Positions 1 to 12,854 of a stretch of 64,000 nt of DNA are shown one piece after another. Positions within the stretch are counted from its first letter, which is position 1, and the number at the start of each line of letters is the position of its first letter. The position numbers and the translations under genes were made by a program. The notes below the pieces were generated by a model, which was given only the letters and a program-made list of their open reading frames with translations, searched no databases and was not told the origin of the DNA. Source of the DNA: Octopus sinensis. Lineage: Eukaryota. The stretch spans positions 39,787 through 103,786 of the forward strand of contig NW_021832612.1 in assembly GCF_006345805.1 (NCBI RefSeq). The letters run 5' to 3'.

Positions 1-1
1 A

Positions 2-135
2 GACAAGAAAATACGGCCTCTCCTAAGTCTAGATGTCAATCCCATGGACTTTGCAATTTTAGGTATCTGAAAGAGTAATGTTTCTGCACGTTCCTATTCA
101 AATGTGTCAGAATTCAAGAGAGATCTTCTGTCTTT
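2..135 (+). mobile_element. Degenerate Tc1/mariner transposase C-terminal remnant (maT/DD37D-like)
   Basis: Frame from nt 2 reads SLDVNPMDFAILGI*KSNVSARSYSNVSEFK, resembling the SPDLNPxDY/F motif region; contains a stop. Confidence 0.45.
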
Positions 136-769
136 ATGGGTCAATTTTTTAATTGCTTTTTTTTCATTTCTGTACATATCATTATGTCTTCTTGGGCTTC
201 TATATTTATTAACGTGTCTTGGATTTCATGCAGCCACTCCGCTTCATCATTGAATATTTACCTGATTATTCTGGCCTTGCCAAAGACACAAACCTTTTGT
301 TACAGTTCTACTAAGCCCTTTTTCCAGTGTCTTTTATACCTCTCATGGTGCCTTCTGAAAATGTCCCCAAGGACCCAACAATAATTGGAACTATCTTCAC
401 CTTCTGCATTTCCCATAACCGAGCTTTTTCGTACTTAACAAGTGTTGTATTTATTTATTTTATCGCCTTCTTTCTTGACTATTCGTGAGTCAAAGGAGTA
501 TGCAGCATCAACGATATAGCATATGCGGTCCACCACCACTATGTCCGGTCTGTTAGCTCTAGCACTTGATCTGTTTGGATTAAGAAATCCCACGTGATTT
601 TGCTAGTCTCCGATTCCACCACTCGAGCAGGAGTTCCAATCTCACACAGAAATGGGTAGAGACGATATTGTCCACGAAAGGTTGGGTGGAAGTGGCGAAT
701 GCGTACATAGTTTCCCTCATCTATTACCACCTGACAATCGTCCATTGCCCTGCTTTGTAGCTGACCAAG

Positions 770-1975
770 CTAGAACGGTTAGTATCCCGCCTTCTCTGGA
801 AAAGACGTTTTCCCCTCGTCATACGGTTTTTTGCTAACAACAGCCACAGAGTGGAGGACCGGGCGTGCCCTGGCTAATGATGTACAGATATACGCTGAGG
901 CTACAACATCTCCAGCATTTTCTTAACGGTGAACAGATGTGGTCACTGTTTGTCAAGTAGGATTTTCTGCAGCTCATGTCATTATCGGAGTTATAGTACT
1001 CAATGAAGCGTAGACCCAGAAAGGACGCGTGACACTTGGAGTGTTAGCAAAAGCTCAGAGCCTCCTGTCAGTCGGGCAACGCAGTCAGAGGAAGTTCCAC
1101 TGCGGAGTTTTATAGGGGATTAGTAGCGGGTAAGAATCACGTCGTCCTTGTAGAAACTCTGGGCGTCAGAAGAGATCAACTAACTGATCATTTCCGGGGG
1201 ACTATCAGGCCGAATCGTATGAATAAATTCCAAAATTCTATGGCCTGGATGTGCTATCGGGGAGCTCAGCCAGCTCCAAACAATCTCTGCAGACACAAAA
1301 GTGCTGTCAGACTGGTTGGTTAGAGGTGTGCGCAGAACGACGAAACCGTCCTGTACGCACTCATCCAGTGTCCTTGCATTACTGACTTATGGAGCTTTGT
1401 CAAACGGTTGTTATCGCGTGTAGGACAGATCCGGTTATCATCTGAGTCCATCGTGAAGATCGCCCGGATGCCGCATTCCTTTGACCAGGAAGAAAAGACA
1501 GTTTTCCTCTGTCTGGTAGCTATGGCGAAAGCGGTTGACGAATCTGAGCAGACTGAAGACATATGCTTTCCTCTTGGGCCAAACCCTCATTGACTTTTTC
1601 AAGTTCCACTTAAAAAGGTAAGTGAGGGTAGAAAGGGAAGTTCTGCTCCCCAGTAATTTGATGAAAGGTGGGTGTATGTGATTAGGATGGTCCTAGTAAA
1701 GGGGCCTGCTCTGAACTTTCGTTTGTAAACCGGAGGAGTTGAGAAGGAGAGAGGTGCCTACTGAGTTGCACTGGCGGTCGGAATAACCAGGTAGTGTGGG
1801 GGTCTGTGGTTGTCCCTGTGAGGAGCTAACCCCTTTTGGGGAATTTTTATTGTTCAATTTTTTTGTTATCTATTTTCTGTTACTGATTGTATATACGGCA
1901 TTGTTCAACACCCCACTTGTCCCTTTGTGTTGTATTGTCCCTATTTTTATAAGAACGGTCCAATATAAGAAAGTA
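770..1975 (+). mobile_element. 3' remnant of L1/Tx1-like LINE
   Basis: Degenerate GGxGxPWL motif (~855) and RCAQNDETVLYALIQCP zinc-knuckle (~1325-1375); homologous to 9200-10345; ends in an (ATT)n array. Confidence 0.6.
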
Positions 1976-1987
1976 TTACTATTATTA

Positions 1988-2063
<76 letters not shown>

Positions 2064-2078
2064 CTTTATTATAATTAT
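1976..2078. repeat. (ATT)n microsatellite
   Basis: Direct reading. Confidence 0.95.
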
Positions 2079-2084
2079 AAGAAA

Positions 2085-2342
2085 ACTTACAGCTTATTTT
2101 GCTGGGTATGATGGAAAGTGTCAGCTGTCCACAAGCAGCGGACTAAGGTGACACATATTTACTGGTCATGCTTCAAGGACCCTGCGAAGAATTCTTGTAG
2201 TTCCAAGCAATGCTGATTTTTGTAGGCGTTCTACCTTCACACTTGCACCGATCTTTTTCAGCCATGCTGGTAAGTTAGTGCTGATACTTCCAAGTGCATC
2301 AATTATCCTGGGTATCACGACTACTCTCCTCATTAACCACAA
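2085..2342 (-). mobile_element. Old R4/Dong-clade 3' end fragment
   Basis: Minus strand reads LQKSALLGTTRILRRVL, homologous to the IQKIALLGTAHILRRTL C-terminus of the neighbouring Dong copies. Confidence 0.65.
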
Positions 2343-2354
2343 CATTATTATTAA

Positions 2355-2385
<31 letters not shown>

Positions 2386-5300
2386 CAGTAGTTTTATTTT
2401 TATAGCGTGCTTTCACTTCACTACCGAGCGCAGCACTGTATGCCCTGGGTATGTGCTATGATTTGTTGTGATGCTCTGATGGTTATTGTATGGAAAGTGT
2501 TCTGCGTAGGATGTGTGCAGTGCCTAGTAGTGCAATTTTCTGTATGTTATATGTGTTTGTAAGTCCTGGTGTTTTTGTTATGTATTTGTCTGAATATTTT
2601 TTTATCATGCCTAATGCACCTACTATGATAGGAATTGTTTCCGTTTTCAGATTCCACATTCTAGTTACCTCTATTTCCAGGTCTTTGTATTTTGAGAGTT
2701 TCTCCATTTCTTTTAGAGACACGTTGTCATCTGCCGGTATTGATACATCAATTAGAAAGCATTTTTTTTTCTTCATGATCTCTGACAACTATATCTGGTC
2801 TGTTGGCCTTAATTATTCTATCTGTGTGTATCGGCATATCCCAGAGTATGGTTGCTTTCTCGTTTTCTGTGACCTTTTCTGGTGTGTGCCTATACCATCT
2901 TTTTACTGTTGTTATTCTATAATGTTGGCATAGCTTCCAGTGTATGTAGGTTCCAACTCTGTCATGTCTGTGAATATATTCCTTCTTAGCCAGGACTGGG
3001 CAGCTAGAGATAATATGATTTATTGTTTCTTGTCCATCTCCACATATTCTGCAGTTACTTGTAATATTTCTTTTCATTACTTGTTTTTGGTAATTTCTGG
3101 TGGGGAGGCTTTGGTCTTGTTTCTGCTTTGAGTCCTGAGCTTCTCAACCATTGCTGGGATTTTTCTTTGTCTATTTCTTTTGCGTTTAGTTTAGTGCAGT
3201 ATTTACCATGAAGGGGCTATTCTTGCCATCGTTTTATCATGGTTCGTTGCTGTTCTATTTTTAGTTTGGATTTCATTTGTTTTATAGCTTTTGTTGTTTC
3301 TTCATCATCTCCTTCTTCTTCTTCGTGTTTATTAGGTGGTATGATTTCTTGTTTGTATTTGTCAGCTTCCTTAAATACTGAGAACAGTTTTTTGTTTTGC
3401 TCGTGTTTTGCTGCTATCTGGATCAGTTTTCCTTCCTTCTGAAGTAGGTATTTTTGCAGTCCTATGGTGGTTATTTTATAGTAGTTCTCCAGTTGTATAA
3501 GGCCTCTACCACCTTCTATACGTTGTATATATAGTCTTTCTATGTCAGATTTTGGGTGATGCATCCTAGATCCTGTCAGTATTTTTCTTGTTTTCCTATC
3601 TATTTTGGACAGTTCATTTCGTGTCCAGTTAAGGATATTGTAGCTGTAACTTATAACTGGGACAGCTAAAGTGTTGATACCTATTATCTTGTTTTTAGCA
3701 TTGAGCTCTGTTTTTAGTATTGATCTAACTCGCCTATAATATTCTTTTTTTTATTTTCTCTTTCATTTTTGTGTGTTGTGTCTTATCTAGTTCATGGATT
3801 CCTAAGTATTTGTAAGTTTGGCTTTGGTCTAATTCTTTTATTTCATCGGTTTTATCTAGTGTGATGTTGTTACTCTTAACTAGTTTTCCTCTTTTCATGG
3901 TTACTTTGGCGCATTTTTCTAATCCAAATTTCATATCTATTTCTTTGGTAAATCCATGAACTGTCTTTAATAGTGTTTCCAGCTGTTTGTCATTTGCAGC
4001 GTATAGTTTTAGGTCATCCATATATAAAAGGTGGCTGATCGTTTTGCCGTAACATTTATATCCGCATCCAGTTCTATTTAGCATATCAGATAGAGGTGAC
4101 AGTGCCAAGCAGAAAAGGAGTGGAGAGAGTGTGTCTCCTTGGAATATTCCTCTTCTGATGGGGATGTCTTTGGTTTTCATGAGTCCCTCTTTTGTTTGGA
4201 GGTGTAGGACTGTTTGCCATTTATTCATAGAGTGCTCTATGAATTTTATGATTGTTGGTGCTACTTTGTTAATGGCTAGTGTTTCAAGGATCCACGTGTG
4301 GAGGATGCTATCAAACGCCTTTTTGTAGTCAATCCAGGCCATACTGAGGCCTTTCTTCTTTCTGTGGCTGTCTTCAGTTACGGCTTTATTAATCATTAGT
4401 TGATCTTTACAGCCATATGAGCCTTTGCGGCATCCTTTCTGCTCTTCTGGGAACAGTTTGCTTTCGTCCAGGTGCTTGTTCAGCCTTTGCGATATCACTG
4501 CAGTAAATACCTTGAACATAGTAGGGAGGCAGGTTATTGGTCTGTAGTTTTCTGGTTTTGCTGTTTCATTTGATTTGGGAATTAAGATGGTTTTCCCCTT
4601 CGTGAGCCATTCAGGCATTGTCTCTGGCTCTGCTAGTATGCTGTTAAAGTTTTCAGCCAGCTTTTTGTGCATTCCTGTTAGATATTTCAACCAGAAGTTG
4701 GGGATCTTGTCATGCCCAGGTGCCTTCCAGTTGCTTAGTCTTTGCAGTGCCTGGGTGACCTCTTCAGTTGTTATGGGGGTCCAAAGTTGTTCACATGCCG
4801 AGTTTGTTATTTTGATACTCCTTTTTTTGGCCGTTCGTTCGCCGACCATATTTCTCTCCAGAATTCTTCCAATTCTTCTGCCGTTGGTGCTGTAGTGACT
4901 TCTATTTTATTTTTTCCAGATCTTGGTAGAACTTTTTGGGGTTGGTGTTGAACTTTTTGTTCTGTTCAAAGAAGCGTTGGCGTTTCTCGTACCGGCGGAT
5001 CCTTTGAGCTTTGGCAAGGATATCTTGCTTCAGCTTTTCTTTTATCTCCGGCAAATCATTTTCTGTGATGTTATATTTGCGGAGCATTTTTGTTCTCTTT
5101 TGTTGCTCAGTAGCGTTGATTGTTTGCTGATTTCGTTAAGAATAGACAGGTCTTTTCTAATTTTTTTTATTTTGTTTGGATGTTATTTATCCACAGGGTT
5201 TGTTTGGGTGGTGGTACTCCTGTTTGGGCGGGTTTGGGTGAGTATTCAGCTTCTTTTGTGGCTGCAGTGGCTGCTGCGTATATCAAGTCATTCAGTTCAG

Positions 5301-5431
5301 TGATATCACTTTTTTTTGTTTCAGTGGCTAGTTCAGTGACGGCTAGGTTTATGCTGTTTATAATTGGTGTTGTTATTTCGTTTATTTTTATCTTGGGAGG
5401 TATGGTCGGTGGTCCATTTTGGGCTTTGTGG

Positions 5432-5435
<4 letters not shown>
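2386..5435 (-). mobile_element. R4/Dong-clade non-LTR retrotransposon, young family copy A (5'-truncated, frameshifted)
   Basis: RT ORF 3734-4849 (GIFQGDTLSPLLF, YMDDLKL), CCHC knuckle (CRICGDGQETINHIISSC), RHD motif and RLE endonuclease (RPDI..DVSIP..KEMEK..KY.DL); (ATT)n on both sides. Confidence 0.92.
3734..4849 (-). pseudogene. Reverse transcriptase domain of Dong copy A
   Basis: 371-aa ORF with KAPGHDKI, NYRPITCL, WIDYKKAFDS, QGD, YMDD and YKYLG motifs; flanking ORF pieces are out of frame. Confidence 0.9.

Positions 5436-5492
<57 letters not shown>
5436..5492. repeat. (ATT)n array between two Dong copies
   Basis: Direct reading. Confidence 0.95.
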
Positions 5493-5495
<3 letters not shown>

Positions 5496-6278
5496 TAGTT
5501 TTATTTTTATAGCGTGCTTTCACTTCACTACCGAGCGCAGCTCTGTGTGCCTTGGGTATGTGCTGTGATTTGTTGTGATGCTCTGATGGTTATTGTATGG
5601 AAAGTGTTCTGCGTAGGATGTGTGCAGTGCCTAGTAGTGCAATTTTCTGTATGTTATATGTGTTTGTAAGTCCTGGTGTTTTTGTTATGTATTTGTCTGA
5701 ATATTTTTTTATCATGCCTAATGCACCTACTATGATAGGAATTGTTTCCGTTTTCAGATTCCACATTCTAGTTACCTCTATTTCCAGGTCTTTGTATTTT
5801 GAGAGTTTCTCCATTTCTTTTAGAGACACGTTGTCATCTGCCGGTATTGATACATCAATTAGAAAGCATTTTTTTTTCTTCATGATCTCTGACAACTATA
5901 TCTGGTCTGTTGGCTTTAATTTCTCTATCTCTGTGTATCGGCATATCCCAGAGTATGGTTGCTTTCTCGTTTTCTGTGACCTTTTCTGGTGTGTGCCTAT
6001 ACCATCTTTTTTCTGTTGTTATTCCATAATGTTGGCATAGCTTCCAGTGTATGTAGGTTCCAACTCTGTCATGTCTGTGAATATATTCCTTCTTAGCCAG
6101 GACTGGGCAGCTAGAGATAATATGATTTATTGTTTCTTGTCCATCTCCACATATTCTGCAGTTACTTGTAATATTTCTTTTCATTACATGTTTTTGGTAA
6201 TTTCTGGTGGGGAGGCTTTGGTCTTGTGCTGCAATTAAGAATCCCTCTGTTTCTGCTTTGAGTCCTGAGCTTCTCAGC

Positions 6279-6279
<1 letters not shown>
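5493..6279 (-). mobile_element. Dong copy B, 5'-truncated (~0.8 kb)
   Basis: Near-identical to 2386-3150 with the same 3' end (cagtagttttattttt); (ATT)n on both sides. Confidence 0.92.
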
Positions 6280-6333
<54 letters not shown>

Positions 6334-6376
6334 GTCGTTGTTGTTGTTGTTGTTCTTCTTCTTGTCGTCGTCGTCG
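6280..6376. repeat. Compound (ATT)n-(GTT)n-(CTT)n-(GTC)n microsatellite
   Basis: Direct reading. Confidence 0.9.
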
Positions 6377-6524
6377 AGGTAAAACGTGTTTTGAACGCTC
6401 AGTATGTTTGAATTGTTTTCTTGTGTATTTTTGAAGGTTGTTGGCTGTTATGTAAGTGTTTTCGTTTTCTAAACCCCTATTGGTGTACAGAAGGGATTCT
6501 TTTCCGTTAAGAGTTCTGTCGGTC

Positions 6525-7385
6525 AGTACCTATTTCTTTAATACCCACAAGCGGCTAAACACAGAGAGGACATACAAACGGATTAAGTCGATTATATCGA
6601 CCCCAGTGCGTAACTGGTATTTAATTTATCTACTCCGAAAGGATGAAAGGCAAAGCCGACCTCGGCGGAATTTGAACTCAGAACGTAACGTTAGACAAAA
6701 TACCTATTTCTTCACTACCCACAAGGGGCTAAACATAGAGGGGACAAACAAGGTCAGACCTATGTATTAAGTCAATTACGTCGACCTCAGTGCGTAACTG
6801 GTACTTATTTAATTGACCCCGAAAGGATGAAAGGCAAAGTCGACCACGGCAGAATTCGAACTCAGAACGTAACCGCAGCCGAAATACCTATTTCTTTACT
6901 ACCACAAGGGGCTAAACATAGAGGGACAAAGAAGGACAGACAAACGGATTAAGTCGATTACATCGACCTCAGTGCGTAACTGCTACTTATTTAATTGACT
7001 CCGAAAGGATGAAAGGCAAAGTCGACCACGGCGCAATTTGAACTCAGAACGTAGTGGCAGACGAAATACCGCAAAGCATTTCGCCCGGCGTGCTAACGTT
7101 TCTGCCAACTCCCAGCTTTTCTGACGGTTAGTACCTATTTCTTTATTACCCACAAGGGGCTGAACATAGAGGGGACAAACATGGACAGACATAGGTATTA
7201 AGTCGATTATATCGACCCCAGTGCTTAACTGGTACTTAATTTATCGACCCCGAAAGGATGAAAGGCAAAGTCGACCTCGGCGGAATTTGAACTCACAACG
7301 TAACGGCAGACGAAATACCGCGAAGCATTTCGCCCGACGTGCTAGCGTTTCTGCCAACTCCCAGCTTTTCTGACGGTTAGTACCT
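6525..7385 (-). mobile_element. Tandem array of four tRNA-derived SINE units
   Basis: Four ~175-255 bp repeats, each with a B-box-like GAGTTC(A/G)AATT and a core GTCGACTTTGCCTTTCATCCTTTCGG on the minus strand; related dispersed copies at 24670 and 58000. Confidence 0.8.
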
Positions 7386-7849
7386 CGACGATTTATCCTC
7401 TGAACAGCACAAAGAACAGTACCAACACCACTCACTGCACCTACACAACCATTAACACTGGAAAAGAAAAAAAGTCAAGAAAACGCCGCCAAAGCCACCA
7501 CCGCTATGAACAAGAGAAACAACAAAGAAAATACAATCACAAACGCAAATGACAAATCCAATAGACACGGTTTCGCTTCTGCAGCGAAACAAACAAGAGA
7601 AACGATAAACGTCACATTAGAGGATTTAAAAAATTTCAAGGGGCTTTTAGTGAGACAAGGTAATAATGTCTCTCTAAATACCCCGAAAGAAATTGTTCTA
7701 GACACAAACAGAAGAAGCATTACGTAAAAAATGTATAAACAAACAAAAAAGTCATTGGAACGAGCAACACAAGAATAACTGGAACTAATTCTGAAACCAA
7801 TTTGGAAGAAGAAAGCATAAGTGACACGTGGAAAATGGTTCGGTACTGT

Positions 7850-10345
7850 GGAAGTGCGCTACGGAACGGAAGAAGCAAGAAAACATTCCACAGTGCCACT
7901 ATTTTCAGAAGACATTATCGTCGTGCCGACATGTCTTGGTCGGCACGTCACCAAAATTAATATTGGCCGGGGGGGGGGGGTACCCCTGAAATAAACATAT
8001 GTTGGCTGATGGCCTCTGTCTTCTATGATATAGAGGATACGGCCGCGATCCATTCTAAATTTATTTTAACTTGGTGATGCTCAGAATAGTTTTATAGAGG
8101 CCAGGGGCCTCGGATCACCTTGGAAACAACGTCACCTTTTAAATTACCTGAGGTCACTTACTGTAAATGTTGCAGTCATTAGTGAATCCAGATATCCGAC
8201 CCACGGAGATTTTCTATCTCTGTGTCGGCCTGGGTGGTGTAATAGTAAAACTGTGGTGCTTTTCTGGAAGGGTCCGTATTTGAATATAAGGGCAGTCTTC
8301 CTGGATTCAGAAGGTAAGTTGGTGGTCCTAGATGTCAACAGCAGTGACGGCGGGGCTTTCAGACTGGTGGCTCTACAGGGGCAGGGTGGTCTGATTACTT
8401 CAAGCGTCTGGAGTACGTCTCGAACATTCGTACTAGTAGGGGATTAGAACGCTGTCTTAGATGGATGTTTCGATTGCGTAGGAGATTCTTATAAGAGAGG
8501 TGGGGTGCAAAAACCTCAAAAATCTACTCAGACATTATCCACTGTCTGCCGGGTACCGATTAGATTATCCGAATGTCCCAATGTGGACTTGAACAAACCG
8601 CATCTGGTTATCTAGATCGTATCTAGATAGAGTATTGTGTAAGCCAGCGGACAAGGATATCATCGGGTGTTCATAATTTCACATGGTCAACTACACAGAC
8701 CACAAATTTGTGATCCGTACAGTCGACTTGGATAGGCTTCATAGACACGGTCCCGGTTACTGGAAGCCGAACACGGCGTGAGGTTGACCTTCGACCAATT
8801 TTTCGACGCCAAACACGAAAGCTGCGGAAAGGGAATGATAGCGTAACGATAGGCCCGCGTGACGGAGGTGAAAAGTGACAATAAAGGCACCATTCGGTCT
8901 TTGGTGGACCAGGAAGGATACAAGGTGTTCGAACCGAAAGAGACGGGCCCATTAAATTGCATTGCTCGGAATCTAGTTTGGTCCAGACCTTCAGGTGCAT
9001 AAAAACTGGGACGAGGTGACGAGGAAGGTAGCCAACCTAACCCAGACATGGGCCTATAGGGAGCTGCTTCAGAGCGGTCGAGGGGAGGAGGCGAATGTGT
9101 ACATCGCATTTGTCATCTTTTACCACTTGACCGTCGTCCCTTGCCCCGTTTGCTGGTTGACCAACCTGGTGCGTTTACTCTTCCCTCTTCTGTGGAAGGC
9201 GCGCGTTCCACCGGTCAGGAGCTCCATCTACTGTCAACAGTCACTGAATGGAGGGCTTGGCATGCCGTGGTTACTAATTCGCAGACATTCATTGAGTTTG
9301 CGGCATCACCAGCGTTTCCTTGACGGTGAGCAGGTCTGGTCACTGCTTGTCAGGTACATTTTTTCACAGACCGTCCCTTTGACTGAGCTGCAAACCTGGA
9401 TTATGCGTAGACCGAAGAGGGGGTGCTTGTCTACGCCCTCCGCCAGGTGAACAATGAGGTCAGTGTAGTTTCACTCTAGCCTTCTATAGAGGGCTAGTGG
9501 AAGGATATCGCGACGACGTTCTCGGGGAAACTCTAGGCATCGATGAAGATCAACGAAATAGTCTGTTTCGGAGAACTTTCTGGCCTAGGCCTATGAATAA
9601 GTTCGAGAAGTCCCTTGCCTGGCAGTGCCACCGAGGGGCGTTGACTGTTTGAGATAAACTTTACAGGTACGGAAGTGCCGTCAGCCAGGCCTGCTCGAAG
9701 TGTGCCCAGAATGATGAAACCTTTCTACACGCCCTCATCCAGTGACCGAATATTGCTGACCTCTGTGGGTTTATGTCGAACACCTGCTGTCCCGTGTTGG
9801 ACGGATCCGCTATCAGCTGAATCCATAGTGAGGATTACACCACCACCCTCCTTTGGCTGGGAGGAGCAGGCAATTTTTATTTTAGTGGCTGTAGCGAAAT
9901 CGGTAGTATGGTGGACTCGTCTGAAAGGGCTAAAGTCAGAGACTTTCCTCTTTGGCCAAGCCCTCACCAACTCTTTCAAGTTTCATTTGAAATGGAAGTT
10001 GGGGGTGGAGAGGGAAGTGTTGCCTTGTAGTAATTGTGTTGAAAGGAGGGTGAATGTTGGAAGAATGTCCAGTGCAAAAATACCAATTCTGAGCGCGCAC
10101 CTGTAAACAATAAAAGGGAATTAAAGAAGGGCTCTTGCCCTATTGATCAGGCACCCGTGGCTTTTGTGGGGTTTTCCACGAGGATCTTAAAGCGCCTCCC
10201 CTATTGGAAGTTTTTTATTTGTTTGATTTACATGTTATTTATTGTTTACACGCCGTAAAACCCATTGTGTCGTCCCGTTTTTGTCTGTTATGTTGTTGCA
10301 TGTCATTCAATGTTATTTTATGTGAGCGATCATGGCTAATAAAAT
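7850..10345 (+). mobile_element. Internally deleted L1/Tx1-like LINE
   Basis: APE endonuclease remnants (GKLVVLDV..FRLVA, LVGD*N at 8250-8460), post-RT GGLGMPWL, zinc knuckle near 9690-9750, and a 3' AATAAA before an ATT array. Confidence 0.7.
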
Positions 10346-10380
10346 AATTTATTACTATTATTATTATCATTATTATTATT

Positions 10381-12009
10381 CAGTAGTTTTATTTTTATAG
10401 CGTGCTTTCACTTCACTACCGAGCGCAGCTCTGTATGCCTTGGGTATGTGCTGTGATTTGTTGTGATGCTCTGATGGTTATTGTATGGAAAGTGTTCTGC
10501 GTAGGATGTGTGCAGTGCCTAGTAGTGCAATTTTCTGTATGTTATATGTGTTTGTAAGTCCTGGGTTTTTGTTATGTATTTGTCTGAATATTTTTTTATC
10601 ATGCCTAATGCACCTACTATGATAGGAATTGTTTCCGTTTTCAGATTCCACATTCTAGTTACCTCTATTTCCAGGTCTTTGTATTTTGAGAGTTTCTCCA
10701 TTTCTTTTAGAGACACGTTGTCATCTGCCGGTATTGATACATCAATTAGAAAGCATTTTTTTTTTCTTCATGATCTCTGACAACTATATCTGGTCTGTTG
10801 GCTTTAATTTCTCTATCTGTGTGTATCGGCATATCCCAGAGTATGGTTGCTTTCTCGTTTTCTGTGACCTTTTCTGGTGTGTGCCTATACCATCTTTTTT
10901 ACTGTTGTTATTCCATAATGTTGGCATAGCTTCCAGTGTATGTAGGTTCCAACTCTGTCATGTCTGTGAATATATTCCTTCTTAGCCAGGACTGGGCAGC
11001 TAGAGATAATATGATTTATTGTTTCTTGTCCATCTCCACATATTCTGCAGTTACTTGTAATATTTCTTTTCATTACATGTTTTGGTAATTTCTGGTGGGG
11101 AGGCTTTGGTCTTGTGCTGCAATTAAAAATCCCTCTGTTTCTGCTTTGAGTCCTGAGCTTCTCAACCATTGTTGGGATTTTTCTTTGTCTATTTCTTTTG
11201 CGTTTAGTTTAGTGCAGTATTTACCATGAAGGGGCTTTTCTTGCCATCGTTTTATCATGGTCCGTTGCTGTTCTATTTTTAGTTTGGATTTCATTTGTTT
11301 TATAGCTTTTGTTGTTTCTTCATCATCTCCTTCTTCTTCTTCGTGTTTATTAGGTGGTATGATTTCTTGTTTGTATTTGTCAGCTTCCTTAAATACTGAG
11401 AACAGTTTTTGTTTTGCTCGTGTTTTGCTGCTATCTGGATCAGTTTTCCTTCCTTCTGAAGTAGGTATTTTTGCAGTCCTATGGTGGTTATTTTATAGTA
11501 GTTTTCCAGCTGTATAAGGCCTCTACCACCTTCTATACGTTGTATATATAGTCTTTCTATGTCAGATTTTGGGTGATGCATCCTAGATCCTGTCAGTATT
11601 TTTCTTGTTTTCCTATCTATTTTGGACAGTTCATTTCGTGTCCAGTTAAGGATATTGTAGCTGTAACTTATAACTGGGACAGCTAAAGTGTTGATACCTA
11701 TTATCTTGTTTTTAGCATTGAGCTCTGTTTTTAGTATTGATCTAACTCGTCTATAATATTCTTTTTTTATTTTCTCTTTCATTTGTGTGTGTTGTGTCTT
11801 ATCTAGTTCATGGATTCCTAAGTATTTGTAAGTTTGGCTTTGGTCTAATTCTTTTATTTCATTGGTTTTATCTAGTGTGATGTTGTTACTCTTAACTAGT
11901 TTTCCTCTTTTCATGCTTACTTTGGCGCATTTTTCTAATCCAAATTTCATATCTATTTCTTTGGTAAATCCATGAACTGTCTTTAATAGTGTTTCCAGCT
12001 GTTTGTCAT
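10381..12009 (-). mobile_element. Dong copy C, 5'-truncated (~1.6 kb)
   Basis: Near-identical to 2386-3993; same 3' end; flanked by ATT arrays. Confidence 0.92.
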
Positions 12010-12263
12010 ATTATTATTATTATTATTATCATTATTATTATAATTATTATTATTATTATTATTATCATTATTATTATTATTATTATCCTCACTTTTATCA
12101 TCACAATATTATCACAATATTGATATTTATTAAAGAGTAGAAAATATATCTATTATTTCTCATTATTCAAAAATAATAAAACTATACAACGTGAAACAGT
12201 TCCACCAACATTACGAAAAACTACAAACACAACAGTGATTTATTTATTTTCTTCTTCTTACAG

Positions 12264-12494
12264 GAAGATGTCCTTTTGATTTTATTGACCTTGCTGGTAT
12301 ACCTTCAGAGAATGATTTGGGTAGATTTAATGACTACAGTTACACGCAATGTCTGCTTCATTGCGAAGCAATGCCAAATTGCCAATCGTTTGACTATAGC
12401 TATAATTACAAAAGATGCTACTTGTCAACTATAGGTCATAGAACTGCTGAATTGTATTTTTACAAAAATTACATTTACACCGAAATAAACAGAG
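12264..12494 (+). CDS. Internal exon (phase 1-1, 231 bp) encoding a PAN/apple domain, paralog 1
   Basis: Acceptor ttttcttcttcttacag and donor G|gtaagg; open frame RCPFDFIDLAGIPSENDLGRFNDYSYTQCLLHCEAMPNCQSFDYSYNYKRCYLSTIGHRTAELYFYKNYIYTEINR with the PAN core CxxxC-x5-CxSFxY..CxL..YxE. Confidence 0.85.
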
Positions 12495-12682
12495 GTAAGG
12501 GCGTCATTTTCTTGTTTTTATTTATTTATTTTGTTGGAATTATACACAGGCAGTTAGACAAGACTAAATCACCACCTTCCAAAATGTGTTAGACTGTTAT
12601 ATTGAGGCCAGGACTTTGATTTACTTGGCTCTATCATTGGCTAAGTCCAATGTCATATAAAGGTACGGACTCAATACCAAAT

Positions 12683-12683
<1 letters not shown>

Positions 12684-12720
<37 letters not shown>

Positions 12721-12846
12721 CATACATACATACATACATACATACATACATACAACATACATACATACATACATACATAAATGCATACATACTCGCATAC
12801 ATATATAGATGCACGCATACATGCATACATACATGCACGCACACAC
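12684..12846. repeat. (GATA)n/(CATA)n microsatellite
   Basis: Direct reading; paralogous array at 49167-49490. Confidence 0.95.
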
Positions 12847-12854
12847 TCATACGT

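Noticed and set aside
1796-2074. Poly-Leu, poly-Ile and poly-Tyr ORFs (also 5120, 6207, 15673, 48475, 54846)
   Set aside because: Read-through of (ATT)n arrays, not membrane proteins.
2490-6040. Duplicated 147-aa plus-strand ORFs (2490 and 5597)
   Set aside because: Antisense shadows of the Dong endonuclease region.
6525-7385. Regularly spaced repeats resembling a CRISPR array
   Set aside because: Whole units are homologous with no unique spacers; eukaryotic SINE context and no cas genes.
12495-12592. Hydrophobic GVIFLFLFIYFVGII tail as a transmembrane anchor (also after 49013)
   Set aside because: It follows a consensus GTAAGG donor and is T-rich intron sequence; a read-through isoform cannot be supported without transcripts.
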